Shown: one piece after another, positions 59,249 through 64,000 of the stretch | Layout of the letters: each line of letters opens with the position of its first letter | Numbering within the stretch: position 1 is the stretch's first letter | Origin: a bacterium | GTDB lineage: Bacteria; Patescibacteriota; Dojkabacteria; JAKAPS01; JAJZLI01 | Assembly: GCA_027459825.1 (NCBI GenBank) | Contig: DAIDGT010000001.1 | Span: 37,884-101,883 of the forward strand | DNA length: 64,000 nt | Direction: 5' to 3' | The notes under the pieces: generated by a model | Told to the model about the DNA's origin: nothing | Seen by the model: the letters and a program-made list of their open reading frames with translations, nothing else | Databases searched by the model: none | Position numbers and translations under genes: made by a program

Positions 59249-59971
59249 TTACCACCCAGCAACTGCTTCTTCTATAGTATTTCTAACATACCTTACAAGA
59301 GGAAGGACTTTTTCGTAATGCATTCTAAATGGACCAATAACAGCAATATATCCTTGTTCTCCTCTATGTAGCCTAAACCCTGAAAATACTATTGAGCTTT
59401 TTGCGAAACTAGAAAAACCAGATTCCTCTCCTATAAGAATTTTTACATCTCCATCCGCAACAGACCCTTTATCAAAAATACTTTCAAGAATACTATAATT
59501 TTCAATTACAGAAAGAAGATTTTTTAAAATAGAAAGATCTTCAAATTCCACATAATCTAAAATTTCAGAAATTCCAGCGTAATAAATAGAATCTGAAGCA
59601 ATTGCAACTGCAATATATTTCAGTTTTGAAGCTAGAAGCTCTACACACCTTCTGAGCAATCTATCTCTCTGAAATTTTTCCCTATTAAGCTCCTCTCTTA
59701 TAAGCATCTCCTCCGTATAGTTCAAGTCATGTTCTAAAAGTATATTCTCGAGAAAATACCTAAGACCAACTACAGTAGGAACTCTACCTGATGAAAAATT
59801 TTCTTTTTCCAAAAAGCCTAATTTTATGAGATCAGACATATCATTCCTTATCGTTGCAGGAGATGCCTTTATCTTATATCTCTCCCCAACAACAAGAGAA
59901 CCAACAGGCTGAGCTGTTTTCATAAATTCAAGTATTATAGATTTTAAAATTTTTTCCTGCCTTGGAGTCAT
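59249..59971 (-). CDS. hrcA: Heat-inducible transcription repressor HrcA (compact form); start ATG 59971
   Basis: MTPRQEKILKSII..F..TAQPVGS, SPATIRNDM..L...G.L....SSGRVPT..G.RY, VIGP.RM.Y. Confidence 0.92.
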   Translation of the reverse strand: MTPRQEKILKSIILEFMKTAQPVGSLVVGERYKIKASPATIRNDMSDLIKLGFLEKENFSSGRVPTVVGLRYFLENILLEHDLNYTEEMLIREELNREKFQRDRLLRRCVELLASKLKYIAVAIASDSIYYAGISEILDYVEFEDLSILKNLLSVIENYSILESIFDKGSVADGDVKILIGEESGFSSFAKSSIVFSGFRLHRGEQGYIAVIGPFRMHYEKVLPLVRYVRNTIEEAVAGW

Positions 59972-59976
59972 GAAAA

Positions 59977-60003
59977 CTAGCAGAGCATAATATAATTTGC
60001 TAA
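59977..60003. promoter_or_regulatory. CIRCE-like operator
   Basis: Minus strand TTAGCA-N15-TGCTAG: the 27-bp length and outer arms of CIRCE (TTAGCACTC-N9-GAGTGCTAA), between the promoter and the hrcA ATG. Confidence 0.75.
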
Positions 60004-60005
60004 CA

Positions 60006-60034
60006 ATATTATCATCCCATATTTTTCTTGTCAA
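60006..60034 (-). promoter_or_regulatory. hrcA operon promoter
   Basis: TTGACA (60034-60029)-17 bp-TAATAT (60011-60006). Confidence 0.6.
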
Positions 60035-60055
60035 GATGTGCATGTAAAAATAAAC

Positions 60056-60084
60056 TTGTCAATGAATCTTATCCTCTGTATAAT
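60056..60084 (+). promoter_or_regulatory. Sigma70-type promoter 8 nt upstream of ATG 60093
   Basis: TTGTCA-17 bp-TATAAT. Confidence 0.6.
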
Positions 60085-60092
60085 CTATTAAA

Positions 60093-60653
60093 ATGAATGC
60101 CTCCCTGCCTAAAATAACCATAGCAATTTTATTTTCAGTTTTAATAACTATATTTGAACCATTTATTCTTGAAAAATTTTATACTCCACAAAAATTTAAC
60201 TCTAATATAGAGATAAAAACTAACTTACCAATGACAGTCTACATTAATGGAATAAATAAAGGGAATTCTCCTGAGGAGGTAAATAATATTGCACCAGGAA
60301 ATAATCAAATATCCCTTTATTATTCAGGAGAAAGAGTTTTCAATAAAGATATCCTCACAGAAGTTTCCTCCCCTAAAACATTTATCCAATGGACAACTTC
60401 TACAAACAAAAAATCGTATGGATATATTATCTATTATAAAAAGAGTGCTACTTCACAAGAGATAGTTAATCTTTCATCAGATATAAATTCTTCTTTTGTA
60501 TTAGATAATACAAATACATTTTATGGGGAATCTCTACTAAAAATATTACAACCAGGATTACATAAAGTCAGTATTAATAGCAACTCTATTAATATTGCAT
60601 ATATAAACTTCCAAATAGTAAAAGGATACAATACATATATACAGATAATATAA
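60093..60653 (+). CDS. Membrane-anchored PEGA-like domain protein
   Basis: N-terminal TM; IKTNLPMTVYINGINKGNSP....IAPGNNQISL and a second LQPGLHKVSI repeat. Confidence 0.6.
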   Translation: MNASLPKITIAILFSVLITIFEPFILEKFYTPQKFNSNIEIKTNLPMTVYINGINKGNSPEEVNNIAPGNNQISLYYSGERVFNKDILTEVSSPKTFIQWTTSTNKKSYGYIIYYKKSATSQEIVNLSSDINSSFVLDNTNTFYGESLLKILQPGLHKVSINSNSINIAYINFQIVKGYNTYIQII

Positions 60654-60659
60654 ATAATA

Positions 60660-62630
60660 ATGGAAAAACAAAGAATAGTAACATTTAAAAAGATATTACC
60701 AACAACCTTAATATATTGGGGGGCAAATTTCTTTGGAGAGAGAATTGCAAAAAACATAATATCAAATGGAGGTAATGTAATAATAATAGACTCTTTTTCA
60801 AAAAATAAAATATCTGTAATAAGAAGGTTAAAAGAAGAATCTCAATTTCAAAAAGGTGAAATAAAAATGATAGATGTTGATTCTGTAAATAATTTTGAAG
60901 AGAGTCTACCTAAAATAAATTTTTCTATTTTCTTAGGAAATTTCTTTATCCCTGAGGATGACAACCTGAAAAAACGACTCAACTCTATAGAAAATTTTAT
61001 AAAAATTTCAAGAGATAGAAATGCAAAGATATGCGTAGCAATAAATATAAATAAAAATGGAAATGAAGATTTTTCAGAATTATCCAATCATATATACAAT
61101 TTTGCAATAACAAATATAAAAAGCTTTGGGGGTGTACTTGTAAAAGTAGGGGAGATATATGGAGAAGACATGAATGATTTCATAGAAAACCCAATCAATC
61201 AAATTGTGAATTCAATAAAAAAAGAGAGCATAATAAAAATAGATAAAGAACATGAATTCTTCCATTATATATATATCGATGATGCAGTGTCAGGAATAAT
61301 TCCTCTACTGTTTACAAATAATAACGGAGAGTATTATTTATCTGACAAAGAAGATATTTCAAATATATCACTATGTTTTAGGGTATCTGACATCACGGGA
61401 ATAAAAGTTGAAAAGCATGAAGGACAAGAGAATAATTCACCTACTAGAGAAGATCGAATAAAAACAATATCTAACCTCCCCCCTGAATGGGTACCAAAAA
61501 CAAGATTTGAAAATGGACTTGATAGGACGATCCAGGAAAAATTAGAATCTCTTAATAAAAAAACTATAGATGTCTCTCCTGTTTTAACAAAAAATGTGAA
61601 AAAAGAATTGTCTCCTCTAAACAAAAATCTAAACTTATCAGATTTTGATAAAATCAAAAAAACTTATCTAAAAAATGAGTACTTGAATAAAGAACTTTTT
61701 GGAAAGGATACACAAAAATCCCGAGTAAGAATTCGCAGAAAAAAATTATTAATAAGATTTATCTTATTTTTTATTATATACATAGTAATAATTACTCCTT
61801 TATTTGTATTCTATATAAATTCATACTTGATAGGAAATGGTATTACAAAACAACAGTATTTTATAAGTAAAGGAAACATATCAAACGCTATTTCAGAAAA
61901 CAGTCAAACCCAAAAAGAAATAAATACGGAAATCAGTTATATGGGTATACTAAATTTTTTAAATAAATACATACCTCAAATAAGAAATACTCCAAATCTG
62001 CTCTATGAGACAGAAAACCTAAACCTGTCACTATTAAGGACAGAAAGTGTAAAACAAAAATTAAATTCTCTTTATGCTATCAATTTAAGCCAAAATAATA
62101 CAAATATATTAACAAAGATAAAAGAAGTTACTTCTGAAGACTTATCTAGGAATTTAAATGGGGCAATATTTTTGAAAAGTCATGTCAAAATACTAAGAGG
62201 ACTTTCAAGCATAGATAGTGAGGCAATATTCACTATAAAAAATGATATTACCGCTATAAAAAATAATGGGAACTTAGTCTATACATACTTAAGTGGAGAG
62301 AAAAAATATGCAATAATATATATATCAAATAATAATAAACCTACAATATCAGGAACAGTTACAAAAATATCCCTAGTAGAAGTTTACAATGGGAGCATAG
62401 TAAAAAAGAACGACTACACAACAAATTTAACAATAAAAGATATTCCTAATGGAAGTATCTCTACACTATCACAAAATATCCTCCAGACACTTGATTCCAC
62501 ACAAAATACACAATTTACAGGAGTGGTATACATAAATGACATTATTTCCAATATAAATATTACACAAATAAATATATCAAACTTTTACCAGTATATTACC
62601 AATAAAGAAATATTTCTTTATTTAAAATAA
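60660..62630 (+). CDS. Degenerate NAD-dependent epimerase-like domain fused to a TM helix and extracellular helical domain
   Basis: LIYWGANFFGERIA...VIIID, GEIYG, YIYIDDAVSGI, W.PKT.FENGL.RTI; TM near aa 364-390. Confidence 0.55.
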   Translation: MEKQRIVTFKKILPTTLIYWGANFFGERIAKNIISNGGNVIIIDSFSKNKISVIRRLKEESQFQKGEIKMIDVDSVNNFEESLPKINFSIFLGNFFIPEDDNLKKRLNSIENFIKISRDRNAKICVAININKNGNEDFSELSNHIYNFAITNIKSFGGVLVKVGEIYGEDMNDFIENPINQIVNSIKKESIIKIDKEHEFFHYIYIDDAVSGIIPLLFTNNNGEYYLSDKEDISNISLCFRVSDITGIKVEKHEGQENNSPTREDRIKTISNLPPEWVPKTRFENGLDRTIQEKLESLNKKTIDVSPVLTKNVKKELSPLNKNLNLSDFDKIKKTYLKNEYLNKELFGKDTQKSRVRIRRKKLLIRFILFFIIYIVIITPLFVFYINSYLIGNGITKQQYFISKGNISNAISENSQTQKEINTEISYMGILNFLNKYIPQIRNTPNLLYETENLNLSLLRTESVKQKLNSLYAINLSQNNTNILTKIKEVTSEDLSRNLNGAIFLKSHVKILRGLSSIDSEAIFTIKNDITAIKNNGNLVYTYLSGEKKYAIIYISNNNKPTISGTVTKISLVEVYNGSIVKKNDYTTNLTIKDIPNGSISTLSQNILQTLDSTQNTQFTGVVYINDIISNINITQINISNFYQYITNKEIFLYLK

Positions 62631-62677
62631 AGAAAATCAAATATATATATATTAGTGAACTATATATTTAGAGGATA

Positions 62678-64000
62678 TTAAATATATATCCAAGATCTAC
62701 CATCAGATTTAATGATAGTTTCTGCCTCAGTAGGACCTGTAGATCCTTGTGGATATATAATAGGTGTAATATTTTTTATTTTATCCTTAATAGTATCGGT
62801 AATCTTCCATGAAGCATTAATTTCATCAGTTCTTGCAAAATTCATTTGATTGCCTAATATACAATCAATCAGAAGTTTTTCATACTCACTTTTTAGTTCA
62901 CCATAGTAATTGTCATAAGAGTAGTTCATTTTCATATTAGTTATTGTATAGTCAAAACCAGGAACCTTACCTGCAAAATTAAGACCAATATTAAATGAAG
63001 GATGTATTTGAAAAGACAACATATTAGAAGAAAAATCACCTTCAAAAATAGATCTTATAGTAGGCTTAAATATAACTACAATTTGAGTCTTTTTCTCAGA
63101 TAACATCTTACCTGCTTTTACATATATGGGAACCCCTTTAAATTTAGGTGACTGTAGAACTAATTTTGCGGCAATAAAAGTATCAATAATTGAATCTGGC
63201 GCAACATTAGGCTCATCATGATAACCGGCATACTGACCTTTCACAACAGAAGAAACTGTAAGCTGTTTTATTAAATTAGTTTTATTTGTCCTAATAAAAG
63301 ATTCTTGAAACCGTGTAGGTTTCTCCATTGTAAGAATAGAGATCATCTGAATAATATGATTTTGAAAAACATCAATTAGGGTACCTGTTGAATCATAAAA
63401 AGCTCCTCTTTTTTCAATACCAATATCTTCTGTTGCAATAACCTGAATACTATCAATGAATTTATTATTCCAAATATTTTCAAAAATATTATTAGAAAAT
63501 CTAAATGCAAAAATATTCTCCACTGGCTCCTTCCCTAAATAGTGATCGATTCTATAAACTTGATCTTCATGAAATACAGAAAGAATAGTTTTATTTAATT
63601 CAAGAGAACTTTTAAGATCAATACCAAAAGGTTTTTCTATAACAATCCTAGAGAATGCATTATGTTTAGAACATCCATAATTTAATTTAACCTTTCCTAG
63701 ATTTTCAGCAATAATAGAATAAAATGCAGGAGGCACTGCTAAATAAAAAATTCTAGAATTACAATTTTTACCAAGGTAATCAGCTAATAATTTCATCTCG
63801 TCTAAATTGGAAAAATCAGCTTTAAAATATTCTATTCTTGAGAAAAAGGAGATCCTATCTTCCTCTGGAATAAATTCATTAAAAGTAGAAAGAAATTCAT
63901 CCTTAGTGAAATCTTTTCTACCAACAGCAATTATCCTTATTCTCTCAGAAAATTTTGCATCCTTTGCAAGATTATATAGATCAGGAAATAATTTTTTATG
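62678..64000 (-). CDS. zwf: Glucose-6-phosphate 1-dehydrogenase (5' end outside window)
   Basis: Frame is open to the window edge (HKKLFPDLYNL...IIAVGR); RIFYLAVPP, RIVIEKPFG, YRIDHYLGKE, DVFQNH. Confidence 0.96.
   Translation of the reverse strand, partial: HKKLFPDLYNLAKDAKFSERIRIIAVGRKDFTKDEFLSTFNEFIPEEDRISFFSRIEYFKADFSNLDEMKLLADYLGKNCNSRIFYLAVPPAFYSIIAENLGKVKLNYGCSKHNAFSRIVIEKPFGIDLKSSLELNKTILSVFHEDQVYRIDHYLGKEPVENIFAFRFSNNIFENIWNNKFIDSIQVIATEDIGIEKRGAFYDSTGTLIDVFQNHIIQMISILTMEKPTRFQESFIRTNKTNLIKQLTVSSVVKGQYAGYHDEPNVAPDSIIDTFIAAKLVLQSPKFKGVPIYVKAGKMLSEKKTQIVVIFKPTIRSIFEGDFSSNMLSFQIHPSFNIGLNFAGKVPGFDYTITNMKMNYSYDNYYGELKSEYEKLLIDCILGNQMNFARTDEINASWKITDTIKDKIKNITPIIYPQGSTGPTEAETIIKSDGRSWIYI

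Noticed and set aside
376-61657. Many 60-190-aa ORFs antisense to or nested in long genes (e.g. 376..792, 22022..22594, 28964..29461, 39909..40382)
   Set aside because: They are shadows of well-supported genes, have no recognisable motifs, and are expected from the strong codon bias.
1-64000. CRISPR array, tRNA/rRNA genes, IS elements
   Set aside because: I saw no regularly spaced repeats, cloverleaf/T-loop motifs or transposase ORFs, and the intergenic spaces are short (under about 150 bp).

Overview
This is a gene-dense, AT-rich bacterial chromosome segment using genetic code 11. Its gene content points to Patescibacteria/CPR (my inference): short IF-2, Lon without its protease domain, PrgI/VirB4 modules without a relaxase, a type IV pilus kit without a secretin, and few Shine-Dalgarno sites. 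Housekeeping blocks are rpsO-pnp, nusA-infB-DHH, dnaJ, rsmA, rpmH-rnpA-yidC and hrcA-grpE-dnaK with a CIRCE-like operator. Two paralogous VirB4-type (T4SS-like) modules are separated by an AbiE toxin-antitoxin pair and bordered by a sortase. A type IV pilus region (pilB, pilC, four pilin-like genes, pilMN, pilO) contains two ~1,400-aa paralogous surface proteins with different N-terminal heads and an identical 34-aa C-terminal tail, followed by an atypical MacB-type ABC transporter. A ~100-nt candidate structured RNA lies just after that transporter. A pentose-fermentation cluster holds an ADP-forming acyl-CoA synthetase, phosphoketolase, rpiB, rpe and zwf. I saw no tRNA, rRNA, CRISPR array, transposase or integrase. 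All assignments come from reading motifs by eye; no database search was run.
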